A DNA stretch of 61,572 nucleotides, filler included, from Bacteriovoracaceae bacterium (GTDB taxonomy: Bacteria; Bdellovibrionota; Bacteriovoracia; Bacteriovoracales; Bacteriovoracaceae): assembly GCA_018649885.1 (NCBI GenBank). It is 5 parts of 5 records of this genome, joined end to end, with 100 filler letters (N's around TTAATTAATTAA, not from the genome) between each part and the next. Parts side by side here need not be neighbours in the genome. Positions count along the whole stretch, not along the records: positions 50,403 to 55,758 come from JABIHA010000067.1; positions 55,859 to 61,572 come from JABIHA010000016.1; 3 more parts are not named here. One strand, 5' to 3'. Shown piece by piece: positions 51,852-61,456 of this stretch (positions are counted from its first letter, which is position 1; each line of letters begins with the position of its first letter). The notes under the pieces were generated by a model. It made no database searches. It worked only from the letters and a program-made list of their open reading frames with translations, and was not told where the DNA came from. Made by a program: the position numbers and the translations under genes.

Positions 51852-52994
51852 TTGGGAGTAGCTTACTAGTCCACCAAGTAATTTGTTCTGATATTGATAG
51901 TAGCATCCGAACTTATAGTTTAGTTCTCCATTGATCCAAAAAGTTGCGGGTTCATAAAACCGTACAAATGAATAATCACCGATTTTTTTAATTGGAAATG
52001 ATTTAAAATTTAGCTCTGTAAATTCATCTTCTATAACTTCCATATCTTCGATTAGTATTTCTAAGTTTATAATTTGTGAAGCACCATTTGTTACACTAGT
52101 GGACACATATAAAAACCCATTTTCTTGAAGATAAATACTTGGGCCAGCGATATCTCCATGGTGACTATACAAAACTTTCAGCTCATTTAAAGAGCCATTA
52201 CTAAGGTAACCCCCTCCAATTACCCGCAAGTTGTTTTGACAGTTAGTCTCTTGGGAAATGAGCTCAATTTCTCCTATGAGATATAGTCTGTTTTCAATAG
52301 TAGTAGCAGTGGGTTCCGAGAATGATTTATATTGATAATTGCTGCAGTGTCTTATTGTATTGTCTTTAAAGACATTTCTAGTATCGACGTCTACCCTTGA
52401 TGTCGGATCTAGTACTACTTGATGATTTTCCCACTTAACCCCGTCTAAGCTTTCACTATATATTAGATCAAAAGAGGTAATGGATTTTTCATTTTTTTGA
52501 TTTGCTGTTGTAAATAGCACAAAGCGGTCGTTTAATTTGAGAATGGCTGGTTCAGCTACAAAAAGATACTTTTCAAAAAATGAATCTTTAATTGAAATTA
52601 TTGGCCTTCCCTCATTTAGGTATTCCCAACTGACTCCATCGGGTGAGCTTGCACTAAAAATCGCCCAATTGCTTAAATGGTTTGATGTATTTTCTATTAG
52701 TCCTTCAAATACCATTAAATAATAATTTTCTTCATCTATAAATTTGATGTCGGGCTCACTTGCTCTTGTGAAAAGAATAGTTTGATCTAATTGATTTGGA
52801 ATATTTTTGAATAATTTGAGTAAACTTTTATCAGCATTATTTAAGGATGAGAAATTATTTAGGTATGAAAAATAGAAAGGTTGTGTGGATACTGTTTTGG
52901 TATCCATTGTCTCACCTTCGACCTGCACTTTTTGTTTTTTGCCAATGCAACAAGTAAGTAATGATAGTAGTGCAAACAAGTAAAACTTTTTCAC
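51831..52994 (-). CDS. Putative lipoprotein with GH32/43-like beta-propeller repeats
   Basis: GTG start, lipobox-like LLTCC, repeated EP motifs, SPDGVSW and SLDGVKW. Confidence 0.6.
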   Translation of the reverse strand: MKKFYLFALLSLLTCCIGKKQKVQVEGETMDTKTVSTQPFYFSYLNNFSSLNNADKSLLKLFKNIPNQLDQTILFTRASEPDIKFIDEENYYLMVFEGLIENTSNHLSNWAIFSASSPDGVSWEYLNEGRPIISIKDSFFEKYLFVAEPAILKLNDRFVLFTTANQKNEKSITSFDLIYSESLDGVKWENHQVVLDPTSRVDVDTRNVFKDNTIRHCSNYQYKSFSEPTATTIENRLYLIGEIELISQETNCQNNLRVIGGGYLSNGSLNELKVLYSHHGDIAGPSIYLQENGFLYVSTSVTNGASQIINLEILIEDMEVIEDEFTELNFKSFPIKKIGDYSFVRFYEPATFWINGELNYKFGCYYQYQNKLLGGLVSYSQSQGWFF

Positions 52995-53130
52995 AATTGT
53001 TTCTCCCACATAGATTGTGTGTTCCTACCTATCGACACACTAAACCTATAGCTTTAGAAGAAAAAAACAACCGCCAGGCAATTTCCTTGAGGGATTTTAA
53101 AATGGCAGAATTGTACTTACGAGGTTACAT

Positions 53131-53472
53131 ATGGGCAGAAACTCATCCAGGGTTGGCGAACTTGCTACCAGGCTTAAAGAAATTAGATTGAGCAAGGGTC
53201 TTACTCAGGAAGAAATGTCATACAAAGTTGGTACGACGGCGCAATTTATCAGTTGTTTAGAAAATGGCATAAAGACACCGTCACTAACAATGATTTTTAA
53301 AATTTGTGATGGTCTCGAGGTGGAGCCTTCAGATTTATTCAAATTAACAAAGTTGAAAACGAAGCCGAAAAAAAAGGCCTTCTATGAAAAGATAGACGCT
53401 GTGCTCTTGAGGGCATCTGATCATGAGCTTAGGGCCATTTATAAAATGATTAAACTTTTTCTAAATGAATGA
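53131..53472 (+). CDS. XRE-family HTH transcriptional regulator
   Basis: RLKEIRLSKGLTQEEMS...ISCLENGIKTPSL. Confidence 0.9.
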   Translation: MGRNSSRVGELATRLKEIRLSKGLTQEEMSYKVGTTAQFISCLENGIKTPSLTMIFKICDGLEVEPSDLFKLTKLKTKPKKKAFYEKIDAVLLRASDHELRAIYKMIKLFLNE

Positions 53473-53543
53473 AAATATTTGGGTGGCCACTCTAGTTCTA
53501 TACAATTTGTTAAAGATTTTATATTTAAGAGGTGCAAGTATAC

Positions 53544-53633
53544 GGAGAACTGGCCGAGTGGTTGAAGGCGCGCGCTTGGAAAGTGTGTAATGGGGCGACT
53601 CATTCGGGGGTTCGAATCCCCCGTTCTCCGCCA
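53544..53633 (+). tRNA. tRNA-Ser (GGA)
   Basis: GGAGAAC/GTTCTCC acceptor stem, TTGGAAA anticodon loop, long variable arm, GTTCGAATC, encoded CCA. Confidence 0.95.
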
Positions 53634-53637
53634 CCTC

Positions 53638-53674
53638 CTGAGTCAATACATGCCTGTGGCATGTATTGACTCAG
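53638..53674. repeat. Perfect 17-bp inverted repeat directly after tRNA-Ser
   Basis: CTGAGTCAATACATGCC-TGT-GGCATGTATTGACTCAG. Confidence 0.85.
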
Positions 53675-54284
53675 AGAGGTAAGTGGTGGCAGTCCGCTGA
53701 GAATCAAGCACGAAAACTCCCAGCCTCTTTAACCCAGGAATTTTTAAAAACTTCAACCCTACTCGGTGTCCGCCCCTCACAACCCTATGCAGGGAAGTGT
53801 TTTGGTGTGGACGGGTCCGTACCGAGAAATACCTAGAAACAGAATCTTTAAATCTAGAGTCCGAAAAAATCTTAAGTTCACCTCGATGTTCGTTTGTCGA
53901 CAATTGCCTAAAGCAAATTTGTTTATTTTTTTGATGGAAATTTTGAATATATATTTAATATATAAGATATAATGATAAAAATCGGAGAGATAATATTTAT
54001 TTATCAGATATTTTATGAAAAAAGATGTCTCTTTATAGTAAAGTTACGATATATAGTAGTATTTTTTCGTATAATCATTCATTTATGCTATCCCTGGTCG
54101 TAAAAACTCATAAAATATTAGATATATGATATTTTTTTGTATTAAAAATATAGAAATATTCTATAAAAACGATATACCTGCGTAAGAAATGTTGCATATT
54201 TTATCACTAAGAGATAGACTCGGTAGTATGGGGCCAACACGGCGCACAGGCCATTACTGAGTGCTAGTAGCATTGGTTGTAGAG

Positions 54285-54515
54285 ATGGATATTGGAAAAA
54301 TGATTAAAGAAATGCGCAGAGAAAGGGGCATCACCCAGAGTGAGTTGGCTCGATTTGCAGGCGTGAGTTTTTCAACTATAAATCGTATTGAAAAGGGTGA
54401 AAAGAACATAACCTTGAAAACCGTAAACAGTGTGTTGAATGTGTTTGGTTATGATGCAGGAGCTGTAAAAAAAGAATATAAGGTGGAGTCAGAAGAAACC
54501 TTTGGTGAGGCATAG
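54285..54515 (+). CDS. hipB: HipB-like XRE antitoxin
   Basis: RRERGITQSELARFAGVS...IEKG; stop overlaps the hipA start. Confidence 0.75.
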   Translation: MDIGKMIKEMRRERGITQSELARFAGVSFSTINRIEKGEKNITLKTVNSVLNVFGYDAGAVKKEYKVESEETFGEA

Positions 54516-55621
54516 TGGATCGGGAGGGTATGAGCTTTGATTTCATTAGCATAAAAAAAGCTCACGTATATTTGCGAGATCGACTTGCTGGGGTCCTCGA
54601 AAAAAAAGCTAGGGATAATTTTAAGTTTTCATACACAAGAGAATATATTTCTAAAAAACTACCTCAAATTGCGATAGGTTTTCCTGTAAGAGTTGAAGAG
54701 TTTTCATCTAGAGTTCTCCATCCTTTTTTTGATAATATGATTGCGGAAGGATGGCTGTTGGCACATACGGAGATGACGTTCAGGATAGATAGGTCAAATA
54801 GATTCGCATTATTGATGGCCACAGGAACAGCGCCTATAGGAGCGGTAAGGGTCGTGCCATTGAATGAAAAAAATATGGAAATTTCTTTGGAGACTCATTA
54901 TAAGGATAATTTAAAGACTACAGACATGGAAGCGTATTTCAATACTCCTAGGGAGAATGAACAATTTTGTCCATACTGTCTTGAAGTGCTGACTGAAAGT
55001 AGGAAAAAGATATCATATTTCCATTCACAGTGTGCAAAAAGAATGTGGGGTACAACAAGAAAGCTAAAATTCTTATTGGAAAAAGATAAGCCGATGAATT
55101 CATTCATAAAAGTAATTTATGGAGGATCAGTCTCGGGTTATCAAAAAAAGGGACTTTTCAGGTTAGAGGGTTCAGCTGTAAGACCAATTTCATTTGGGGC
55201 TCAATATATTTTAAAGCCAATGGGGGAGCTTGATGAGTTACCTGAAAATGAACATATAACAATGGCAATTGCAAAAAAAATAGGTTTTATTATGCCTCCA
55301 TTTACAATCGTAAATTTTAGAAAATTAGGGAATGTATTTGCAATTAGAAGGTTTGATATAAATCAAGATAATGAAATGCTGAGAATGGAGGATATGGCTC
55401 AAATTTTAGCAAAGGTAGTTGAGGATAAGTTCAGTGGGAGTTGTGAAAAAGTTGGGAGTGTTATTTTAAAAAACTCCTCTGCACCTCTAGTCGATATCTT
55501 TGATTATTGGCGAAGGGTTGTATTTTCTTTTTTTATAGGAAACGGAGATATGCATTTAAAAAACTGGTCAATGCTTGAGCACAAAGAGCTAAATGGAAAA
55601 ATGGCTCTTTCTCCATGCTAG
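54515..55621 (+). pseudogene. hipA: HipA-family kinase toxin with N-terminal HipA-coupled domain, C-terminally truncated
   Basis: LHPFFDNMIAEGW, SVSGYQKK, PENEH, RRFD, GNGDMHLKNWS; ends at LSPC* where the repeat's CTAG replaces the expected YD. Confidence 0.85.
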
Positions 55622-55753
55622 CTTGGAGTAATTCCATGGTTTTTAAAGGGCCTTTAGGCCAAAAAAGAGGGCCTTTTTGAGGCCGTCGATAATTTCAGGG
55701 GGCATTTTAGTAAAGAGAGTGGGGGAGTTGTAGTGCTAGTTTTACTTTCACCC
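55618..55753 (+). repeat. 136-bp dispersed repeat, copy 2, truncating hipA
   Basis: Identical to 50408-50543. Confidence 0.9.
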
Positions 55754-55758
55754 GCATC

Positions 55759-55858
55759 NNNNNNNNNNNNNNNNNNNNNNNNNNNNNNNNNNNNNNNNNN
55801 NNTTAATTAATTAANNNNNNNNNNNNNNNNNNNNNNNNNNNNNNNNNNNNNNNNNNNN
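55759..55858. other. Artificial contig linker
   Basis: N run with central TTAATTAATTAA. Confidence 0.98.
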
Positions 55859-55949
55859 AAACGTCGAACAAGAGGGACATTTAGCCTTTTGCTAATTCCA
55901 AGAAATAGGTATAAATCCTCAAACCAAGTGGCTTAAAGCAGTAGCATTC
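55859..55949 (+). mobile_element. Right end of an IS4-family-like element (transposase tail 55859-55936)
   Basis: Encodes KRRTRGTFSLLLIPRNRYKSSNQVA*; 55859-55957 is the exact inverted copy of 61449-61547; end reads TTAAAGCAGTAGCATTC. Confidence 0.65.
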
Positions 55950-55957
55950 GTATCACG

Positions 55958-55990
55958 TACCTCTATTTTACCTCTATTTACCTCTATTTA
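55958..55990. repeat. Tandem (TACCTCTATT) x3 after GTATCACG
   Basis: Directly visible; supplies the C-terminus and stop codon of the 55974 gene. Confidence 0.85.
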
Positions 55991-56351
55991 GGCGAAATAG
56001 CCTTCTTTTGATACGGCGAAGACTTATATCGTATACTGCTCCATCCGAATTAGCGGCCAGGCAAAGCAAGATGTTCTCTGAATACCATTTTATAATAATA
56101 TATGGTGGTATTTGTATATTAGGAAAATGTGGGGAGTCTTCTTCATTTATTTCAAATTCTCTGGACTCGCTATAGATAGTCGAAGGTTGACGAGTATCGA
56201 AATCTTTTTTTGATTTAATTCGGATTGTGACAAATAAATTATCTCTAGTTCCTCTTTCATAGGTGACAACTTTCCCGCAGTATACATTGCCATTTCCTGC
56301 CCGAGTATTTTGTACGGGGAGTAATATTATTAAAATTCCAATTGTCTTCAT
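55974..56351 (-). CDS. Hypothetical secreted protein
   Basis: MKTIGILIILLPVQNTRA signal-like start; tail NRGK* lies in the tandem repeat. Confidence 0.55.
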   Translation of the reverse strand: MKTIGILIILLPVQNTRAGNGNVYCGKVVTYERGTRDNLFVTIRIKSKKDFDTRQPSTIYSESREFEINEEDSPHFPNIQIPPYIIIKWYSENILLCLAANSDGAVYDISLRRIKRRLFRLNRGK

Positions 56352-56417
56352 TTCGAAGCCTTTGTTATTGATGGTCAAGCTTTTCAAACTCGACCATCTA
56401 ATAGCATTTTAGTTTTA

Positions 56418-57338
56418 TTATTCTTTTCTTCCAAATCTAAATTCTAATTCAGCAGAACCCTGTGTCTCAGTGGCCTTCTCACCATTGTATATGTACTGGT
56501 TCCGAGAAATTGTTCCATTGAGGTAGAGTCTTTGGGGAATAATAGCGATTTTTACTTCTCCACCATAGGAAAGCTCACTGTAATCCTTTTTCTCTCTCTT
56601 AGCGCGATTGGGGGTATCGTATTTATAACTAGAGCCAAAAAAGCTCACATTAACCCGGTCCAAAATTCTGACTCCGATACTACCATTTGCTCCACCTTGG
56701 GCCGATACATATAAAGCTTGGTTCTCATCTCGTCCGCTTGTTAGTCCACCATGTGCGTTTACTTTAAAAATGATTTCTACAGTTCTACTTGAATCAAGTC
56801 CAACAGCAATATTCCAAGTGATGTCAGCAATATCTAAATGGTTAAGGTTTTTTTCTTCAAGTTGATTATCGAGGTTGATTTTTTGATGAACAAAATTTAA
56901 AGCTGTTAAAGTCAATCCCACATCAGAATTAAAAAATCTAGCGGCAGCGACTCTTACTTCTTCCAATCCAAAGTTGTGATCATCATCGATTTCCATTCTC
57001 AATTTAATGCTAAAAGGTAATACTTGAATCCGGTCAATAGTAGATCCTAAGTAGTAATCTGCATTGTCATCTCTTTGTGAATCATAAAGCCTTGATTTTA
57101 ACCCAAAAGTTGAAACCAAATCTTTGTCGTCAGAAGTGTGGACCTCTGCACTGATAACTCCATCTCCAAAGATTCCATAAGCATCAACTGACTCAACAGT
57201 ATCAGCAAAGATTGTGGACTCTATTACTGCTTGTTCTTCAAAGTGGGTGTTTTCTTCTGAGCTTCCATTAGATGAATCGTCGGCCAACACTGGCGATGAT
57301 ACGAGTAGAGCTAATAGTACAAGTCTTTTGATTTTCAT
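56418..57338 (-). CDS. Putative outer-membrane beta-barrel protein
   Basis: GGAGG RBS, signal peptide, alternating beta strands, C-terminal ELEFRF. Confidence 0.7.
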   Translation of the reverse strand: MKIKRLVLLALLVSSPVLADDSSNGSSEENTHFEEQAVIESTIFADTVESVDAYGIFGDGVISAEVHTSDDKDLVSTFGLKSRLYDSQRDDNADYYLGSTIDRIQVLPFSIKLRMEIDDDHNFGLEEVRVAAARFFNSDVGLTLTALNFVHQKINLDNQLEEKNLNHLDIADITWNIAVGLDSSRTVEIIFKVNAHGGLTSGRDENQALYVSAQGGANGSIGVRILDRVNVSFFGSSYKYDTPNRAKREKKDYSELSYGGEVKIAIIPQRLYLNGTISRNQYIYNGEKATETQGSAELEFRFGRKE

Positions 57339-57516
57339 AAATTCCTCCAAATGATGTGTATAATATTTTGAGGAGGATATGTGTGTCGCGTTATTTAATC
57401 TAGGTCAAATTGCTCTTCTTTTACCATAGAAGTTAACTTTTGAGTTAATATTGGCATATAACTACACGAATTTATAAAAGTATTTAGATCTTTTTGAAAA
57501 AAATTGAGCTTGAGGA

Positions 57517-58500
57517 TTACATATTATCAGGTGTTAATAAAGGCTTAGGGTGAGTTCGAATAAAGTCAGCATCATCACCAGAAATTCCCCCCTCAACAAG
57601 AATTTCACAGCTTCTGCGCTCTAGCCTTTTTGTTATTGTTGCTTGAGGAGTTCTTCTTGTTTTCCACTTAATATAGCGCCAGGCCATGTGTATTGTATAC
57701 GCGTCTATATTCTTCTCTTTTCCATTGCAGTGGAGATAAATGGATCCCTCAAGTTTTACTGTCCTGCCAGCAATCTTTTTTGATTGGTCCTGTTTTTTTT
57801 TCGTTACTCCAACATAAGGAAAGTCTTCAGCTAATAAAGATAGAGAATGATCTAAATTGAGCTCTTCTCCCATTAGGAATTGAGTCAACTGCCCCACCAA
57901 TCTCTCATTTTCATTGTGGTAGATACCATCTCTGTCTGACCTGCTTGGCAGAAGGTGGTGGATAATTTCATGGGCGATTAACTTTGATAGACTATATTCC
58001 CCACTGTCTAGTGCCTTATCATTAAAAATGATAGCAGCACCTGGATAGAATCCAGTAACGGCGTCGTGTGAGATAAGGGCCTTATAGTCACCCAAATGCC
58101 TTGAGACTCCCAAGGATATTGTTTGGGGGGTGTATAGGAAACGATCAAGGTTGAGAATTTGAGAAAACTCCATTTCAATTCTTGTGGTAAAACTATTAGG
58201 TAGTTTACAAGGTCTAATTTTACCTTTTACAGGACATTCTTTTTTTCTATGTTGTTGAATAATTTGAAATAAAAATTCTTTGGATTCTTTAAACTTTTCA
58301 AATCGAAGTCCATCACTTTTTAGAGAGTGGGTTTCTACAATGCTGAACTCATCGATTGATCCTCCACTACTTGATGTGCCACCTCCGCTGCTTGAGGTAC
58401 CGCCACCACTGCTTGAGGTTCCACCGCCAAGAGGTGTCGCTGCAAAGCTGGTTAATTGAATAAATAGAAGTAGAAAGATCACTTCATTGCCCCCAAGCAT
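57517..58500 (-). CDS. Secreted HEXXH protein with (GGGTSSS)x3 repeat
   Basis: IAHEIIHH...NE; Gly/Ser repeat after the signal peptide; start 58500 or 58482. Confidence 0.65.
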   Translation of the reverse strand: MLGGNEVIFLLLFIQLTSFAATPLGGGTSSSGGGTSSSGGGTSSSGGSIDEFSIVETHSLKSDGLRFEKFKESKEFLFQIIQQHRKKECPVKGKIRPCKLPNSFTTRIEMEFSQILNLDRFLYTPQTISLGVSRHLGDYKALISHDAVTGFYPGAAIIFNDKALDSGEYSLSKLIAHEIIHHLLPSRSDRDGIYHNENERLVGQLTQFLMGEELNLDHSLSLLAEDFPYVGVTKKKQDQSKKIAGRTVKLEGSIYLHCNGKEKNIDAYTIHMAWRYIKWKTRRTPQATITKRLERRSCEILVEGGISGDDADFIRTHPKPLLTPDNM

Positions 58501-58663
58501 TTTCCAAGTAATACCACTATAAAGAGCAAGACCTAGGCCAATGTAGAGCAATTCTAGCGGTTACTTTGAGACCTTGGAAATCCCTCTAACTTACTGTAAA
58601 TATAGATAAATTACAGGAAAAGTTAATTAAACCCGAATAATCAAACAACTTTGTGGAGGCAAT

Positions 58664-59482
58664 ATCGATAATATTTACCAGTATACTGACTACAAGTTAT
58701 ACATAGTGGAAAAGATCAACTCTATGCCTAAAAAGGGGCGAGGAGTGAAAAAGGCCCTAGCAGATCAGGTGGGTGTGCAAACGGCTTATGTATCTAGGGT
58801 ACTTAACTCTGACAGTGATTTCTCACTAGAGCACGCCTTAAAAGTATCTACCTTCTTAGGGCTATCCAAGGAGCAATCAAACTATTTTTTAATGCTCGTC
58901 AACTTTGCAAGAGCGGGAACCTTTGAACTAAAAGCACTATATAAATCGAATATTAAGAATGCACAGGATAATTTCAAAAAAATAAATAAGCGTCTCAAAA
59001 AACATCGAAGCATAGGTGAAAGTGAAAAACAGCGCTATTATTCAAGTTGGGAATACGCTGCCATTCATATCGCTTTAAGCTTAAAAAATATTAATACCCT
59101 TGAAGATATTTCGAGTGCACTCAAAGTTGAAAAACCACTGGTATCAGAAATACTAGAGTTCTTTGAGTCTTTTGGCCTTATTAGGAAGGACGAGGATCAC
59201 CACTATCAATTGCTAAATGAAGTTGCAGTTCATCTCGATTCGACGTCACCAGAAATATTTCAGTATCACACAAACTACAGAGTGATGGCCTTGCACCATC
59301 TTTCAAATTCCCATTCTGAAGATATGCATTTTACAGATATCTCATCTCTCAACAAAAAAGACATAGAAGTTCTTCGAGAAATCCTTTTGAAAACAATTCA
59401 AGATTATAGTGAGACAGTCTCTAAGTCTGAACCCGAAGACTCTCTGCAAGTTATTTGCTTAGATTTCTTTAACCTAATTTAA
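58664..59482 (+). CDS. TIGR02147/DUF4423-family HTH protein
   Basis: IYQYTDYKLYI N-terminus upstream of the called GTG (58706), YVSRVL HTH, YYSSWEYAAIH, LDFF C-terminus. Confidence 0.8.
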   Translation: MDNIYQYTDYKLYIVEKINSMPKKGRGVKKALADQVGVQTAYVSRVLNSDSDFSLEHALKVSTFLGLSKEQSNYFLMLVNFARAGTFELKALYKSNIKNAQDNFKKINKRLKKHRSIGESEKQRYYSSWEYAAIHIALSLKNINTLEDISSALKVEKPLVSEILEFFESFGLIRKDEDHHYQLLNEVAVHLDSTSPEIFQYHTNYRVMALHHLSNSHSEDMHFTDISSLNKKDIEVLREILLKTIQDYSETVSKSEPEDSLQVICLDFFNLI

Positions 59483-59502
59483 GCTCCCCAGGTATTTTTT
59501 TG

Positions 59503-59609
59503 TTAAAGCAGTAGCATTCGTATCACGTACCTCAATTTACGTACCTCAGTTTACCTCAATTTACCTCAATTCCTCAATTTACCTCAATTTCCTCAATTTA
59601 CCTCAATTA
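59503..59609. repeat. Isolated IS4-like terminus plus GTATCACG plus about 8 imperfect TACCTCAATT units
   Basis: TTAAAGCAGTAGCATTCGTATCACG is identical to the other two sites; the array overlaps the stop of the 59607 gene. Confidence 0.85.
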
Positions 59610-59969
59610 CTTTCCGAGTAGCTCGTCTCTTACTTTGAGACCTGCTAAACGCTTTATTTCATCTTCAGCTTGTTGTCGAATAAACGATTCATCACGGTCT
59701 TGCCAGATCTGCTCAAGCGCTGCCAAGATTGCTTGAGAGCTCACGCCGAGCTTCGACATCTCCCCCATATATTCCATACAAGTCTCTTTACCTTTTTCAA
59801 TATCCTCCATACTATCGCAAGTAATTCTCATCCTACGACAAGCCGCTACCTTCTCATTTGAGTTAGTTCGATCTGTTACATTAGTATAAAAGTGGTCATA
59901 ACATGCGCTATTTCCGGCAAAGACATTGGTAGTGGATAGGGCCATTATCAATAATAGAGTTTTCTTCAT
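59607..59969 (-). CDS. Small secreted four-Cys protein, paralog of 49688-50047
   Basis: GAGG RBS, signal peptide, ACYDHFY, MGEMSKL, QAEDEIKRL. Confidence 0.8.
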   Translation of the reverse strand: MKKTLLLIMALSTTNVFAGNSACYDHFYTNVTDRTNSNEKVAACRRMRITCDSMEDIEKGKETCMEYMGEMSKLGVSSQAILAALEQIWQDRDESFIRQQAEDEIKRLAGLKVRDELLGK

Positions 59970-60194
59970 TTGCTAACCTCAGTTAAAAATTTAATGTGCA
60001 ATTTAAAATACGACACAAATAAATTCCGTGCAAGAACCTAGTCGAAACAATACTTAGTCCATAATGGTAACTTAATTCTTAATTTCAGCACTGGTGAAAC
60101 ACACTGTTTAATTTTGGTAGGAGCTCTATAGCAGCGATCCCAACTCGCTAAATGTGGCGGTTCGCAAGAAATTTCTGGAAAAAGGGGTGGCCCA

Positions 60195-60581
60195 TCATTT
60201 GTCATGAATTCGAAAGATGCCTCCATAGACAAATCCGGCAATCACGATGGGAAAAATAGAATCAACCGTAAAGTTTCTAACTCCCCAAAGTACCAACATC
60301 GCCAGAGAAAAAAGCAGTGGTGATAAAATCACAGCACTCAAGCGGGCCACTGTTAGGAAAGAACGCTTGGAGATGCTCTGTACTACAATATGAATGATTG
60401 GAGACAAAATGACTGCAGGAGAAACCCAGGGGGCCGTGTAAATTAACCACAAAATCGGGTTAAATCCAGGTTCAGTGGAACTCAAGTCACCAAATACACC
60501 TTCCTGAATAAATCCCACGAGTGCTACAACAGGAAAAATAGTAACAGGAAAAAGCAATATGTTAGTAATGAGTTTCAACAT
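60195..60581 (-). CDS. Hypothetical membrane protein (about 4 TM helices)
   Basis: Hydrophobic helices; AAGGA RBS. Confidence 0.65.
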   Translation of the reverse strand: MLKLITNILLFPVTIFPVVALVGFIQEGVFGDLSSTEPGFNPILWLIYTAPWVSPAVILSPIIHIVVQSISKRSFLTVARLSAVILSPLLFSLAMLVLWGVRNFTVDSIFPIVIAGFVYGGIFRIHDK

Positions 60582-60610
60582 AACACAATATCCTTAGTCA
60601 CTGGCGCACT

Positions 60611-61276
60611 TTATTTTAATGTAAAGGTGTGGCTTATATCCATTTCATCGACAATAGTAATTATTTTATGTCCAAGCCAATTCAATTCAAATTCTAAGTT
60701 TTTTACTGCCCGAGGACTGCTCTCTCCAGCAAATGTAAATTTTGGAGTAATATCACAACCATTTCCTGATTTGTTTTTTTCTATATAAAAGTGAACATAC
60801 CCGTCTGCCAAAGTTCCACCTTCTCTTGTTGACAATTCCTCTGCAAGTTGGATTTCAATTCTATAGTAATCATTTCTTCCAGCATTATAAGGATTTCTTA
60901 CCCTAAATAATTGATACAGTTTTTCTCCAAAAATTGCATCTTCTCTTGTTTGTATAATGGTTTTCCAATAAGGTATTTTTTCATGGCCCATCCACCATCC
61001 AACAATAGGTGCGTTCAAAAATGTACAGTTAGTTTTATCGATGCCAGCTCGGTAATTCAATACATTATCCGGATTTGTTTCTTTAGTAAGTGTAAGAAGA
61101 GGAGTTTGATCTTCAGGTTTTACTTTAGGAATTACTGGAACTACTAGCTTTACATGTCCAACAACTTCTTTGATTCCAGGAACGGCATCCTTTACCTCAC
61201 AGGCCGAATTATCAGCAAAACAAAGTGAACTAAACGAAAATAGAAAAAAAACAAATACAATAAAATTTGTTTTCAT
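60611..61276 (-). CDS. Hypothetical secreted protein
   Basis: GGGGAG RBS, signal peptide ending CFA. Confidence 0.7.
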   Translation of the reverse strand: MKTNFIVFVFFLFSFSSLCFADNSACEVKDAVPGIKEVVGHVKLVVPVIPKVKPEDQTPLLTLTKETNPDNVLNYRAGIDKTNCTFLNAPIVGWWMGHEKIPYWKTIIQTREDAIFGEKLYQLFRVRNPYNAGRNDYYRIEIQLAEELSTREGGTLADGYVHFYIEKNKSGNGCDITPKFTFAGESSPRAVKNLEFELNWLGHKIITIVDEMDISHTFTLK

Positions 61277-61308
61277 TAATTTCTCCCCAAAACAAGTAAA
61301 TACTAAAA

Positions 61309-61324
61309 TGCAAAGTGGATGCCA
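61309..61324 (-). promoter_or_regulatory. Sigma-54 -24/-12 promoter
   Basis: TGGCATC-CACT-TTGCA, 33 nt upstream of 61276. Confidence 0.65.
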
Positions 61325-61397
61325 GAAGGTTGCTTGAATTACGCTGGGTTAGAGAGGGTAAAGGTGTCTAGGTTTATGACATGTAGATTTAGAGCTA

Positions 61398-61448
61398 AAA
61401 ATAAGTGCGAAAAATAAGTGAAAATAAGTGAAAATAAGAAAATAAGTG
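61398..61448. repeat. Tandem (AAAATAAGTG) about x5 next to CGTGATAC
   Basis: Directly visible. Confidence 0.85.
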
Positions 61449-61456
61449 CGTGATAC

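Noticed and set aside
53638..53900. Possible retron msr-msd
   Set aside because: No reverse transcriptase nearby
59503..59609. Possible CRISPR array
   Set aside because: 10-nt tandem units without unique spacers, and no cas genes in the window
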